This document shows positions 1-9,135 of a DNA stretch of 64,000 nucleotides, piece after piece. The position numbers and the translations under genes were made by a program. The notes below the pieces were generated by a model that was not told the origin of the DNA, ran no database searches, and saw only the letters and a list, made by a program, of their open reading frames with translations. The stretch is from Planctomycetota bacterium (GTDB taxonomy: Bacteria; Planctomycetota; UBA8108; SXIK01): the NCBI GenBank assembly GCA_965223845.1, contig CBDCXR010000004.1:5312001-5376000 (forward strand), in the 5' to 3' direction. The stretch's first letter is position 1; every line of letters starts with the position of its first letter.

Positions 1-1303
1 TCGGGTAGCTGCGCTGCCAGCCGGTCATCCGATACTCGTCGTGGACGTCCACCATGATCTCGTGCGCGGCGGTCTTTCGAATCGCGTCGTGCATCCACGC
101 GGTCCACTTCTGTGATCCGTGTTGAACGAACCCGTACTTGATGCCGCTGATCCCCCACTTTCGATAGAGGGGAAGAAGCTCGTCGAGCTGGCGCTCGAGA
201 TGGCGACGGTTGACGTAGACGATGACTCCGATGCCGCGCTCCTTCGCGTAGCGAATCACCTCCTCGAGATCGAGATTCGGACGCGACACCGTCCGCGCGT
301 CGGCTTTTTCGTCGCGCTCGTTCCCGTACCAACCCGCGTCGTACTCGATGAACTCTAGTCCGTACTCGACGGCAAAATCGACGCAAGCCTTCCCGCCGTC
401 GGTCGAAAGCGATATTTCCCGGATCACCTTTCCGGGCTTGATCCAGCTCGTATCCTCGATCGCACAGGGTTCGTTCAGATTGAGGATGAGGTCGTTGTTC
501 TCGAGGAGTCGGCCCGGCGAATCGGCCGCCATGATGACGCGCCACGGAGTCTTCACGGGTAGCGAAAGTCGCACCTCGTCGTGGAGTCTCGAGACGAGCG
601 TATGCTCGACTCGCTTCGAGCGCCGGAGCCGCATACGCGAATAGTCGACGAGCGCTGCCTCGGCTAGGGCGATCACGCCGTCCTTCGTCTCGAGCACGCA
701 CGGCCGCTCTACACTGTGTTTGATCTCGCTCAGCTTCACCCTTTCGTACTTGCCTTGAGCCGAGTAGACGGCCCAGAGATCGTGGTCGGCATCGAAACGG
801 AACTCCGTTTCTTCGCTCGCGATCTCGAGTTCCTCTCGTCCGGGGCCCTCGGCGACGTGGTAGCGGAAGGCCACGCCTTCGTCATACGCCCGGACTTCGA
901 GCTCGAACGAAGCCGCTGGACTTGACCGCCGAAAGCGAACGGTAAGCCGGCGATGCCGATCACGGACCATCGACCGCTCCCCCCAAACGGGGGTCCAGGT
1001 CGTGTCGTGATCACTCGCAGCCACGTGCTCGAGCAAATCGAATCCGCGCGTCCAATCGACGTCGCCCGCGAGCACGAATCCGAGCCCACTCGACCGGATG
1101 ATCCGGCGGCCCGAGTGCTGGACGCGGTAAACGGGCCGACCGCCATCGTCGAGCGCGAGCTCGATTCGAAACGTGCGATTCGGAGATTCGAGCGCGTATC
1201 GTTCGGTCGAGTCGCGGTCGCCGGCGCAAACCGGACGCATCGCGACGATGACGACACACGCGAGGAGTGCGACGTCGACGAGTCTCTTGCTACGAGGAAT
1301 CAT
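1..1303 (-). CDS. Glycoside hydrolase family 97 (alpha-glucosidase/alpha-galactosidase); 3' end runs off the window
   Basis: Absent from the ORF track. Manual translation from ATG 1303 gives a signal-like N-terminus, LESPNRTFRIELALDDGGRPVYRV...SGLGF (GH97 N-domain style) and, in the same frame at the edge, KWGISGIKYGFV...IMVDVHDEYRMTGWQRSYP (GH97 catalytic-domain motifs). Confidence 0.9.
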   Translation of the reverse strand, partial: MIPRSKRLVDVALLACVVIVAMRPVCAGDRDSTERYALESPNRTFRIELALDDGGRPVYRVQHSGRRIIRSSGLGFVLAGDVDWTRGFDLLEHVAASDHDTTWTPVWGERSMVRDRHRRLTVRFRRSSPAASFELEVRAYDEGVAFRYHVAEGPGREELEIASEETEFRFDADHDLWAVYSAQGKYERVKLSEIKHSVERPCVLETKDGVIALAEAALVDYSRMRLRRSKRVEHTLVSRLHDEVRLSLPVKTPWRVIMAADSPGRLLENNDLILNLNEPCAIEDTSWIKPGKVIREISLSTDGGKACVDFAVEYGLEFIEYDAGWYGNERDEKADARTVSRPNLDLEEVIRYAKERGIGVIVYVNRRHLERQLDELLPLYRKWGISGIKYGFVQHGSQKWTAWMHDAIRKTAAHEIMVDVHDEYRMTGWQRSYP

Positions 1304-1389
1304 GCGTGTCACCTGCGCGTCGGCAATTCGGTCGGCACGTCCGGAGCAAGCTCGACCGCGTGCGAGGCGGACGCACAAATCCTGCCCGT

Positions 1390-2133
1390 TCAATAGCCGC
1401 GGGCGGTCAGCGCCGCCCGAGCAGCGCGAGCTAGGCGTGCATTGTCGTCTTTCTCGAGCTCTCGGAGAAGCGGAACCAAGGCGGGATCGTCGGGGACGAC
1501 GAGAAGGAGGGACGCGAGCGCACCTCGTCGGACGGCCGATCGTTCGTCAGACGATCTAGTGATGCGCATCAACTCGTCGCGCGCAGGCCCCGCCGCAGGC
1601 CCGAGCCTTCCCAGGGTCGCGAGAGCCACCTCCCGAAGTTCCGGCTCGGACAGACGCTCGACAAGACGGGGAACGGCGTCACCGGCCGATTCGCCGAACT
1701 CGCCGAGCGCGCGGACCGCAAGCGCGCGGACGTCGAGCGTCTCGTCGTCAAGCCGTTCAACCAGAGCTGGAACCACGCGGTCGCCGAGTTCGGGATCGGC
1801 GATCGATTCGAGCCATCGAATCGCGTGCACCCGCGCGGCAGCCGACTCATCCTCAAGCGCCGCGAGTCGCTCGGCGAGCGTTCGCTCGAAGTCGTCTTCC
1901 GGAGAAGCCTTTGGCTCGCTTGACGGCGGTGGTTCCGCGCGTGGCGAAACACGCGGATTCGACACCGGTGGCTCGGGTGCGCGATCGGGTTCGAAGCTGA
2001 CCGGCGGCTCGTCCGAGGGCTCGCCGTTGTCTTCTTCGCGCGGCTCGCCGCCGCCCGACGTCCAGTAGAAGGCCCCCACGAACAAGAGAAGCAGCAATCC
2101 GGCGACGGACGCCCCGATCTTCGCGGTGTGCAT
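1390..2133 (-). CDS. Membrane-anchored HEAT-repeat protein
   Basis: N-terminal hydrophobic helix, Pro/Glu-rich linker, HEAT/PBS-lyase-like repeats (VVPALVERLDDETLDVRALAVRALGEFG; AVPRLVERL). ATG 2133 chosen over the longer ORF start 2142. Confidence 0.8.
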   Translation of the reverse strand: MHTAKIGASVAGLLLLLFVGAFYWTSGGGEPREEDNGEPSDEPPVSFEPDRAPEPPVSNPRVSPRAEPPPSSEPKASPEDDFERTLAERLAALEDESAAARVHAIRWLESIADPELGDRVVPALVERLDDETLDVRALAVRALGEFGESAGDAVPRLVERLSEPELREVALATLGRLGPAAGPARDELMRITRSSDERSAVRRGALASLLLVVPDDPALVPLLRELEKDDNARLARAARAALTARGY

Positions 2134-2215
2134 GGAAATCACGGACGCCGTCGGGAGACCGCGCGTCGCCCATCCACCGGGGGCGGGCGACGCGCATCTC
2201 CTTCGGGATTCCTTC

Positions 2216-4705
2216 CTACTGACCGCAGTCCGACTGCGCCGCCTCGCTCACGAGATCGTCGAAGAGATCGTCCGAGATGAGGCCCATGTTGACGAACGCC
2301 CGGGCGGTCCGAACCAAAGCGGAGACCCGCGCGCCGTGATTTCGCCACGAGGACATCGTGCCGATCGGATGCTCACACGGAACGAGTTGATCGATCGTGC
2401 AACCGGTCGACGGGTCGATCACTTCGCCGAGAGGCGTGTACTCACACTCGTCCACGTCGCTCGCGACGCCGTCGCCGTCGACGTCCGCGTCGCAGGCATC
2501 GCCGATCGAGTCGCCGTCGAAGTCAAGCTGATCGCCGTTCGGATCCACGGGACAGTTGTCGACGTCGTTCGCGACATCGTCGCCATCCCGGTCGGCGTCG
2601 CAGACGTCGCCGATGTCGTCGTCGTCCTGGTCGGCCTGTGACGCGTTCGGGACGTCGACGCAATTGTCGAAGTCGTTCAGATGTCCGTCGCCGTCGAGAT
2701 CGTCGTCGCACGCGTCGCCGAACGCATCGCCGTCGAGGTTCTCCTGAAGCGGATCGAAATCGTTCGGACACAAATCGACGTCGTCCGGAACACCGTCGCC
2801 GTCCGCGTCCCCCGAAAGGTCGCAGGCGTCGCCGATGCCGTCGCCGTCCGTATCCGCCTGGTCGGCGTTCGGCGTGAGCGGGCAATTGTCGCTCGCATCA
2901 TCGACCCCGTCGCCGTCGTCGTCGTCGTCGCACGCGTCTCCCGCACCGTCGCCGTCCGTGTCGCTCTGATCGGTGTTCGCGATCTGGGGACAGTTGTCAC
3001 TGCCATCCAGCGCACCGTCGTTGTCGTCGTCCTCGTCGCAAGCGTCGCCGAGGCCATCGCCGTCGAGGTCGGCTTGCCCGGGATTGACGACGAGCGGACA
3101 ATTGTCGTCGATGTCGACCGAGCCGTCCCCGTCATCATCGTCGTCGCAGACGTCGCCCGCACCGTCACCGTCCGTGTCGTCCTGACCGACGTTGACGACG
3201 AGCGGACAGTTGTCCGAGTCGTTCACCACCCCGTCGCCGTCCGTATCGTCGTCGCAAGCGTCTCCCGTTCCGTCGCCGTCGAGGTCGTCCTGATCCGGGT
3301 TCGGTTCGAACGGGCAGTTGTCCACGTCGTCGGTCAAGCCGTCGTCATCGTCGTCCGCGTCGCACTCGTCACCCGCACCGTCACCGTCGCTGTCGGTTTG
3401 GTCGGGATTGGGGTTCGAAGGACAGTTGTCTGCGCCATTCAGCTCGCCATCGCCATCGATGTCGTCGTCGCACGCGTCACCGGCGCCGTCGCCATCGAGA
3501 TCCGCCTGGTCGGGATCCGCGACGAACGGACAGACGTCGGAGAGATCGTCGATGCCGTCATTGTCATCGTCGTCGTCGCAGGCATCGCCCGCTCCGTCGT
3601 CGTCATTGTCCGCCTGGTCCGAGTTCGCGGTCGCGGGACAGTTGTCACTCACATCGATGACGCCGTCGTTGTCATCGTCTGAGTCGCAGGCGTCACCGGC
3701 ACCGTCACCGTCGAGGTCGTCCTGATCTGCATTCGAGCTCGAGGGGCAGTTATCCGAGCCGTTGTCGACTCCGTCTCCATCGATGTCGGGATCACACGCG
3801 TCTCCGACACCGTCGAGATCGAGGTCCTCCTGACCGGCGTTCGCGTCCACGGGGCAGTTGTCGTCCACATCGTCGATCGAGTCGCCGTCGTCGTCGGGGT
3901 CGCAGGCGTCGCCGATGCCGTCCGTGTCGAGATCGTCCTGATCTGGATTCGCGAGCACGGGGCAGTTGTCGACGCCATCGGCCACGCCGTCCCCATCGTC
4001 GTCGGGGTCGCAGACGTCGCCCGCCCCGTCGCCATCGAGATCTTCCTGACCCGGATTCGCATCGACCGGACAGTTGTCCGTGACGTCCGCCTCACCGTCC
4101 CCATCGTCATCGGGGTCGCAGACGTCGCCTGCCCCGTCGCCATCGAGATCTTCCTGGCCCGGATTCGCATCGACCGGACAGTTGTCCGTGACGTCCGCCT
4201 CACCGTCCCCATCGTCATCGGGGTCGCAGACATCGCCTGCCCCGTCGCCATCGAGATCTTCCTGGCCCGGATTCGCGTCCGAGGGGCAATTGTCCGACCC
4301 GTCCGGCACTCCGTCGCCGTCGGCGTCCGGATCACCCGTGTCACAAGCGTCGCCGATTCCGTCGCCATCGGAATCCGCCTGATCCGTGTTGAACGTGCTG
4401 GGGCAATTGTCGCAAGCGTCGCCAACGCCATCGCCCTCGGAGTCCAACTGAGTGTTGTTGGGAACGGTGGGACAGTTGTCTAGGTCGTTCGGAAACAGAT
4501 CCCCGTCGATGTTCGGATCGCAGACGTCGCCGACGCCGTCCCCGTCCAGGTCTTCCTGGCCCGGATTCGCGTCCGCCGGACAATTGTCATCGCCGTCCGC
4601 GATCCCATCTCCGTCCGTGTCGACAACCTGTGCGGAGAGCCCCGAACCAATCCACAGGACGAATAGAACCGCTAACCCACCCCTGACCCACGCATGAGCC
4701 TGCAT
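2216..4705 (-). CDS. Secreted thrombospondin type-3 (TSP3) repeat protein, Asp-rich, predicted Ca2+-binding
   Basis: AGGAG RBS, signal peptide, roughly 20 units of DxDGDGxxDxxDNCPxxxNxxQxDxDGDGxGDxCD, and a short C-terminal domain (WRNHG...GLIS...AAQSDCG). Confidence 0.92.
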   Translation of the reverse strand: MQAHAWVRGGLAVLFVLWIGSGLSAQVVDTDGDGIADGDDNCPADANPGQEDLDGDGVGDVCDPNIDGDLFPNDLDNCPTVPNNTQLDSEGDGVGDACDNCPSTFNTDQADSDGDGIGDACDTGDPDADGDGVPDGSDNCPSDANPGQEDLDGDGAGDVCDPDDDGDGEADVTDNCPVDANPGQEDLDGDGAGDVCDPDDDGDGEADVTDNCPVDANPGQEDLDGDGAGDVCDPDDDGDGVADGVDNCPVLANPDQDDLDTDGIGDACDPDDDGDSIDDVDDNCPVDANAGQEDLDLDGVGDACDPDIDGDGVDNGSDNCPSSSNADQDDLDGDGAGDACDSDDDNDGVIDVSDNCPATANSDQADNDDDGAGDACDDDDDNDGIDDLSDVCPFVADPDQADLDGDGAGDACDDDIDGDGELNGADNCPSNPNPDQTDSDGDGAGDECDADDDDDGLTDDVDNCPFEPNPDQDDLDGDGTGDACDDDTDGDGVVNDSDNCPLVVNVGQDDTDGDGAGDVCDDDDDGDGSVDIDDNCPLVVNPGQADLDGDGLGDACDEDDDNDGALDGSDNCPQIANTDQSDTDGDGAGDACDDDDDGDGVDDASDNCPLTPNADQADTDGDGIGDACDLSGDADGDGVPDDVDLCPNDFDPLQENLDGDAFGDACDDDLDGDGHLNDFDNCVDVPNASQADQDDDDIGDVCDADRDGDDVANDVDNCPVDPNGDQLDFDGDSIGDACDADVDGDGVASDVDECEYTPLGEVIDPSTGCTIDQLVPCEHPIGTMSSWRNHGARVSALVRTARAFVNMGLISDDLFDDLVSEAAQSDCGQ
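3987..4276. repeat. Near-perfect 108-bp tandem repeat (~2.7 copies) inside the TSP3 gene
   Basis: ccgtccccatcgtc recurs at 3987, 4095 and 4203, with only a few substitutions between units. Confidence 0.9.
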
Positions 4706-4781
4706 GGTCAGATTCTCCTAGGGAAAGAATTGTCGACTAAATCTACGCACGCCCCGACCCGACACCGAAGTGAGTCGATTC

Positions 4782-4809
4782 ATCTTAGCCAAGCGACTCC
4801 GCGAGGCAA
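4782..4809 (-). promoter_or_regulatory. Possible sigma70-like promoter for the TSP3 gene
   Basis: Minus strand reads TTGCCT-16 nt-TAAGAT, about 75 bp upstream of the start codon. Confidence 0.35.
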
Positions 4810-4933
4810 AGGCGAGGCTCGAATCTCGAGTCGCAGAGCGGCAGGAACGCGCGCTTGGGAGCGGGCGTGTTGGAACGATAGTCGTGCGCAAAACAGCGCA
4901 AGCGAGCTGACGACCGAACTCGGACGGGTCGCG

Positions 4934-5104
4934 TCACGCAAGCGGGTCGGTGGCCACCTGTCCGTGCCCGTCGGTGAGACGGAAATCTCGTCCCTCGTAC
5001 CGGAAGGTGAGACGTCGGTGATCGATTCCGAGTGCGTGGAGAATCGTCGCCTGGCGGTGCACGTGAACGGGATCTTCGACGACGTTGCAGCCGAACTCAT
5101 CCGT
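4934..5104 (-). pseudogene. C-terminal remnant of a DUF1501-family gene
   Basis: [50 protein letters not shown] matches the typical DUF1501 C-terminus ([51 protein letters not shown]). The rest of the gene is absent and the HDL motif is eroded. Confidence 0.75.
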
Positions 5105-5129
5105 GCGCGTCTTTTTCTCCGACACTCGA

Positions 5130-7397
5130 TCACGCTGAGACGCGAATCGGTCCGTCCGGATCGGAGCGCTCGCGCACGGTTCCGATGAGAGACGCGCGCG
5201 CGTAACCACGACGCTTGAGCTCTTCGACGCACTTCTCCGCCCGGTCGGCCGGAACTCCGGCGAGCAATCCGCCGCTCGTCTGCGGATCGAAGAGCAGCGG
5301 ATACCGCGCGAACGAACCGGCTTCGTCGAGGTTCGCGACCGCGCGGCGGAGGCGCACGTTCTGCGGTTGCAGCGAGCTCAAGATTCCGGCGCGCGCCGTC
5401 GCCTCGGCACCGTCGAGAACCGGAAGCTCACCGAGGTCGATCTCCGCGTCGATCTCCGAAGCGCGCGTCATCTCGACGAGATGTCCCAGCACGCCGAATC
5501 CCGTGACATCCGTGCACGCGGTCGCGCCGTGCTCCCGCAGGCAATCGGCAGCCGCGCGATTCGACGCGAGCATCGACGCGATCGCACCGGCGATCCACCG
5601 TCCCTTCGCCTTGAGGCGCATGTTCGCTGCGAAGAGCGTGCCGGTGCCGATCGGTTTCGTGAGGACGAGTCGATCGCCCGGTCGAAGCCCCGTCTTCTGC
5701 AGGACTTCGCGCGGATCGATGAGCCCCGTGAGCGCGAAACCGAGCGCTAGCTCTGCGCCCTCGCTCGTGTGACCGCCGATGAGTGCGACGTTTTCCGCGC
5801 GGAAGACTTCGATCGCTCCGCGGAGCAATTGCTCGAGTGTCTCTTCGACCTTGGCCTCGAGTCCGTACGGAATCGTCACGATGGCGAGTGCGGTGTGCGG
5901 TTCCGCCCCCATGGCAAAGAGATCGCCGAGACTGTGGTTTGCCGCGATCTTCCCAAAGACGTAGGGGTCGTCCACGATCGCGCGAAACGCGTCGACGGTA
6001 TGAACGACCGATTTCCCCGCGGGAACGTCAACGACCGCCGCGTCGTCCGGAGAGTCGAGTCCGATGCGCACCTCGTCGCGCGAGGGCGCGTCGAGCCGCG
6101 GCAGGATGCGCTCGAGAACCGACGCTCCGACCTTCGCGCCACAGCCGCCACAGCGCATCGCGATCGTCGAGAGCTCACGGACGGCGTCGTCCGTGGCGAC
6201 TCCCTCGGCGAGCGGCGGGGCCCCATCGGCGGCCATCGCGGGAAGGTCTCCGTACTTCTCCATGAACCGCCGGTCGATGCGATCCTTCCAGCGCCAGACC
6301 CACGCGCCCTCTGCCGCCCACGGCCCTCGGGACGCGATCGCGTAGCGGTCACCCGTGCTGATGAGACTGAGAAACTGACGCTGAGGACGAAACGGCTGGA
6401 GCGGCTCGCCGGTGAGTGCGTTCCGCAGGTTCGCGAGCAGCGGCCGACCTTGCCGGACCGCGAACACACCTGCCTTCTCTCGCGGATAGGGGACGACGGC
6501 CGCGACGTCGCCCGCCGCGAACACGCCCGGGTGGGACGTCGATTCAAGCGTCGCCCCGACGCGAACGAAGCCGCGCTCGTCGACGTCGAGCCCGGCGGCG
6601 CCCAGCCAATCCGGCGCGCCGGCGTCCGTCACCCACACGATCTCGTCGCAGCGGTGCACTTCGCCCGAATCGAGCTCCATCTCCCCTCCGGTAACGCGTG
6701 CCACGCGCGCGTTCGTATGGACGCGAACGGCTCGCTCCTCGAGAATGCGAGTGAGCTTTCGCCGCACGCGAGCATTGAGAGTGGGAAGAATCTGCGGCGC
6801 CGCGCCGAACACGTGGAACTCGAGGTCCGCCGGCGAGCGGCCGTCGACTTCGCATTCCCGCCGGAGGGCGTACTGCATCGCGAGCGTGATCTCGATGCCG
6901 CCAACGCCCGCGCCGACGACAGCGATGCGACTCGTTCCCGCAGCATTCCGCACGCGCTCGCGGAGAACCTCCCACCGCGCGGTGAAATTGTTGATCGGCT
7001 TCACCGGGACCGAGTGTTCCGCGGCGCCCGGGACCCGCCGCACCGCCGGCGTCGAGCCGATGTTGATCGAGAGAACGTCGTAGGCAATCGGCGGGCGATC
7101 GGAGAACAGAACCCGCCCCGATTCGAGATCGAGACCGATCGCGGCGTCGTGTATGAGTCGTGCGCCGGCGAACGCCGAGAGCGGCCCGAGGTCGATGTGC
7201 GTCTCGTCGAAGGTGTAATGCCCGGCGACGAGACCCGGGAGCATTCCCGAATACGGGGTGTGCACGTCGCGTGTGACGAGCGTGACGCGCACGCCGTCGA
7301 GCGGCCGCATGCCGAAACCCTTTAGGACGGCGACGTGGCTGTGCCCACCTCCGAGGAGGACGAGATCCTTGACGACGATGGAGGGCGATCCGTGCAT
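5130..7397 (-). CDS. selD: Selenide,water dikinase fused to an N-terminal FAD-dependent pyridine nucleotide-disulfide oxidoreductase domain
   Basis: N-domain [31 protein letters not shown]. SelD domain [48 protein letters not shown]. Start set at ATG 7397. Confidence 0.93.
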   Translation of the reverse strand: MHGSPSIVVKDLVLLGGGHSHVAVLKGFGMRPLDGVRVTLVTRDVHTPYSGMLPGLVAGHYTFDETHIDLGPLSAFAGARLIHDAAIGLDLESGRVLFSDRPPIAYDVLSINIGSTPAVRRVPGAAEHSVPVKPINNFTARWEVLRERVRNAAGTSRIAVVGAGVGGIEITLAMQYALRRECEVDGRSPADLEFHVFGAAPQILPTLNARVRRKLTRILEERAVRVHTNARVARVTGGEMELDSGEVHRCDEIVWVTDAGAPDWLGAAGLDVDERGFVRVGATLESTSHPGVFAAGDVAAVVPYPREKAGVFAVRQGRPLLANLRNALTGEPLQPFRPQRQFLSLISTGDRYAIASRGPWAAEGAWVWRWKDRIDRRFMEKYGDLPAMAADGAPPLAEGVATDDAVRELSTIAMRCGGCGAKVGASVLERILPRLDAPSRDEVRIGLDSPDDAAVVDVPAGKSVVHTVDAFRAIVDDPYVFGKIAANHSLGDLFAMGAEPHTALAIVTIPYGLEAKVEETLEQLLRGAIEVFRAENVALIGGHTSEGAELALGFALTGLIDPREVLQKTGLRPGDRLVLTKPIGTGTLFAANMRLKAKGRWIAGAIASMLASNRAAADCLREHGATACTDVTGFGVLGHLVEMTRASEIDAEIDLGELPVLDGAEATARAGILSSLQPQNVRLRRAVANLDEAGSFARYPLLFDPQTSGGLLAGVPADRAEKCVEELKRRGYARASLIGTVRERSDPDGPIRVSA

Positions 7398-7581
7398 GCG
7401 GCGGCTACGAGTTTGGCGCGGGACGAGTGAATCGCGCACGATGAGAACGCAAACGCGGGAGCGGAGCAAGGCGTCGACGCGCATTCGACCGATTCTGTAG
7501 AATCCTCTGCACAGGCTCGATCGTTCGCCGCGACGGGCACCTCGTTCGTCATCGATTCCTCAGCCCAACCCGCAAATCATC

Positions 7582-8157
7582 ATGGGACGCCGGCCCAAGT
7601 CGTCGCAAGGAGCGCGCGCCAACCGCCACGCCGGCCTCACGCCGTCGATTGCGCCGGCGGACGAGGGAGATCTCGACGCGATCGTCACCGCGAAGGAGGC
7701 TCCGTTCCTTCTCGTCCTCGACGGTGTTCAAGACCCGCACAATCTCGGGGCCTGCCTGCGCTCGGCGGATGCGGCCGGTGTCCACGCGGTCATCGCCCCG
7801 CGGAATCGCGCCGTCTCGATCACCGAGACGGTCGTTCGCATCGCCTGCGGTGCGGCCGAGACGGTGCCCTTCATTCAGGTCACGAACATCGCGAACACCC
7901 TGAAGGACCTTCAGAAGGCCGGAGTCTGGTTGGTCGGGACGGCGGACGACACCGAAACGCAGCTCTACGACGTCGACCTCCGCGGCTCGCTGGCCCTCGT
8001 CATGGGTGCGGAAGGCAAAGGGCTGCGCAGATTGACTCGCGACTGCTGCGACTCGCTCGTCCGCATCCCGATGGCGGGGAAGGTGGAGTGCCTCAACGTC
8101 TCCGTCGCGACGGGCGTTTGCCTCTTCGAGGCCGTGCGCCAGCGGCGGAGCCGATAG
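7582..8157 (+). CDS. rlmB: RlmB-like 23S rRNA Gm2251 2'-O-methyltransferase (SpoU/TrmH family), catalytic domain only
   Basis: [63 protein letters not shown]. An in-frame TAG at 7498 prevents an N-terminal extension. Confidence 0.82.
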   Translation: MGRRPKSSQGARANRHAGLTPSIAPADEGDLDAIVTAKEAPFLLVLDGVQDPHNLGACLRSADAAGVHAVIAPRNRAVSITETVVRIACGAAETVPFIQVTNIANTLKDLQKAGVWLVGTADDTETQLYDVDLRGSLALVMGAEGKGLRRLTRDCCDSLVRIPMAGKVECLNVSVATGVCLFEAVRQRRSR

Positions 8158-8260
8158 CGCCAGCGGCGAATCCATCATCAGCGACAATCAATGGTTTCCC
8201 GCGGTCGCAATCTGACCGATGATGTCGGGCGACCTCTTACCCACTACACCTGGAGGAGCC

Positions 8261-8989
8261 ATGCTCACGACTCGAATCGTTCGAAATCTCTGCGTCGCCA
8301 GTCTGTCCGCCGGAGTGTGCGCTTCCGCTATCGCACAGGAAGACTCCAGCTCCGCCGGCGATGTGGTGAACGCCTACCTCGAAAAGGCCAAGCCGGGAGA
8401 GGAGCACGCGCGACTCAAGATGCTGGTCGGGAAGTGGAAGGTGGAAACCACCACGTACGGAGAAGAAGGCAAATCGCCGATGAAGTCCGAGGCCACGGCG
8501 GTGGTCCGGCCGATCTTCGGCGGGCAGTACTTTCGCGAGGACTACACCGGTGACTTTTTCGGGACGAAGTTCACCGGCATGGGGATCTACGGTTTCGACA
8601 AGGGGACGAAGAAGTTCGTGTCATCGTGGATCGATTCGATGTCCACGGGAATCGCGCGGAGCGTAGGTACCGCGATGGCGAACGGCGACATCGCGTTCCT
8701 CGGTGAGTACTACGATCCGGTGGAAGAGAGAATGGTCAAAACGAAATTCGTCCTCACGCTGAATTCGCGGAAGACGCATTCGGGGGTGTACTATTCGATC
8801 GCCGCCGACGGTAGCGAAAAGAAGATGATGGAGTTTGTCTACACCCGCGCGAAGGGCGGAAAGAAGGAACGGAAGAAGAACGCCGAGAAGGGTGAGAAGA
8901 AGGCGAAGAAGAAGGATCGCGACAAGAAGGGAGAGAATAAGAAGAAGGGCGAGAAGAAAAAGAAGAAGGACAAGGACGCGAGTATCTGA
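8261..8989 (+). CDS. Exported DUF1579-family protein with Lys-rich C-terminal tail
   Basis: GGAGG RBS before ATG 8261, signal peptide, PGEEHARL..LVGKW, GGQYF, GIYGFD, SWIDSMSTG, MEFVYTR motifs. Confidence 0.85.
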   Translation: MLTTRIVRNLCVASLSAGVCASAIAQEDSSSAGDVVNAYLEKAKPGEEHARLKMLVGKWKVETTTYGEEGKSPMKSEATAVVRPIFGGQYFREDYTGDFFGTKFTGMGIYGFDKGTKKFVSSWIDSMSTGIARSVGTAMANGDIAFLGEYYDPVEERMVKTKFVLTLNSRKTHSGVYYSIAADGSEKKMMEFVYTRAKGGKKERKKNAEKGEKKAKKKDRDKKGENKKKGEKKKKKDKDASI

Positions 8990-8995
8990 GTGAGC

Positions 8996-9074
8996 TCGAA
9001 ATCCGCTAAGAATCTCGGCGCGCCTGCGTCTACATCCGTGGACGCCGGCGCGCCGAGCGACCGAGCGGATTCGA
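8996..9074. repeat. Long intergenic imperfect palindrome (REP-like or terminator hairpin)
   Basis: atccgct/agcggat, ctcggcgcgcc/ggcgcgccgag and gcgtctac/gtggacgc stems around an atcc loop. Confidence 0.55.
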
Positions 9075-9135
9075 AGGCGCGCTAGGAGTGGGCGAACGGC
9101 GTCCCGAACGCCACACACTCCCGCGGAGATCTCCG

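Noticed and set aside
3987-4276. CRISPR-like periodicity
   Set aside because: The repeats are contiguous in-frame coding units without unique spacers, and no cas genes are present.
6130-6160. Selenocysteine in SelD
   Set aside because: The active-site motif is encoded as Cys (CGGCGAK) with no in-frame TGA.
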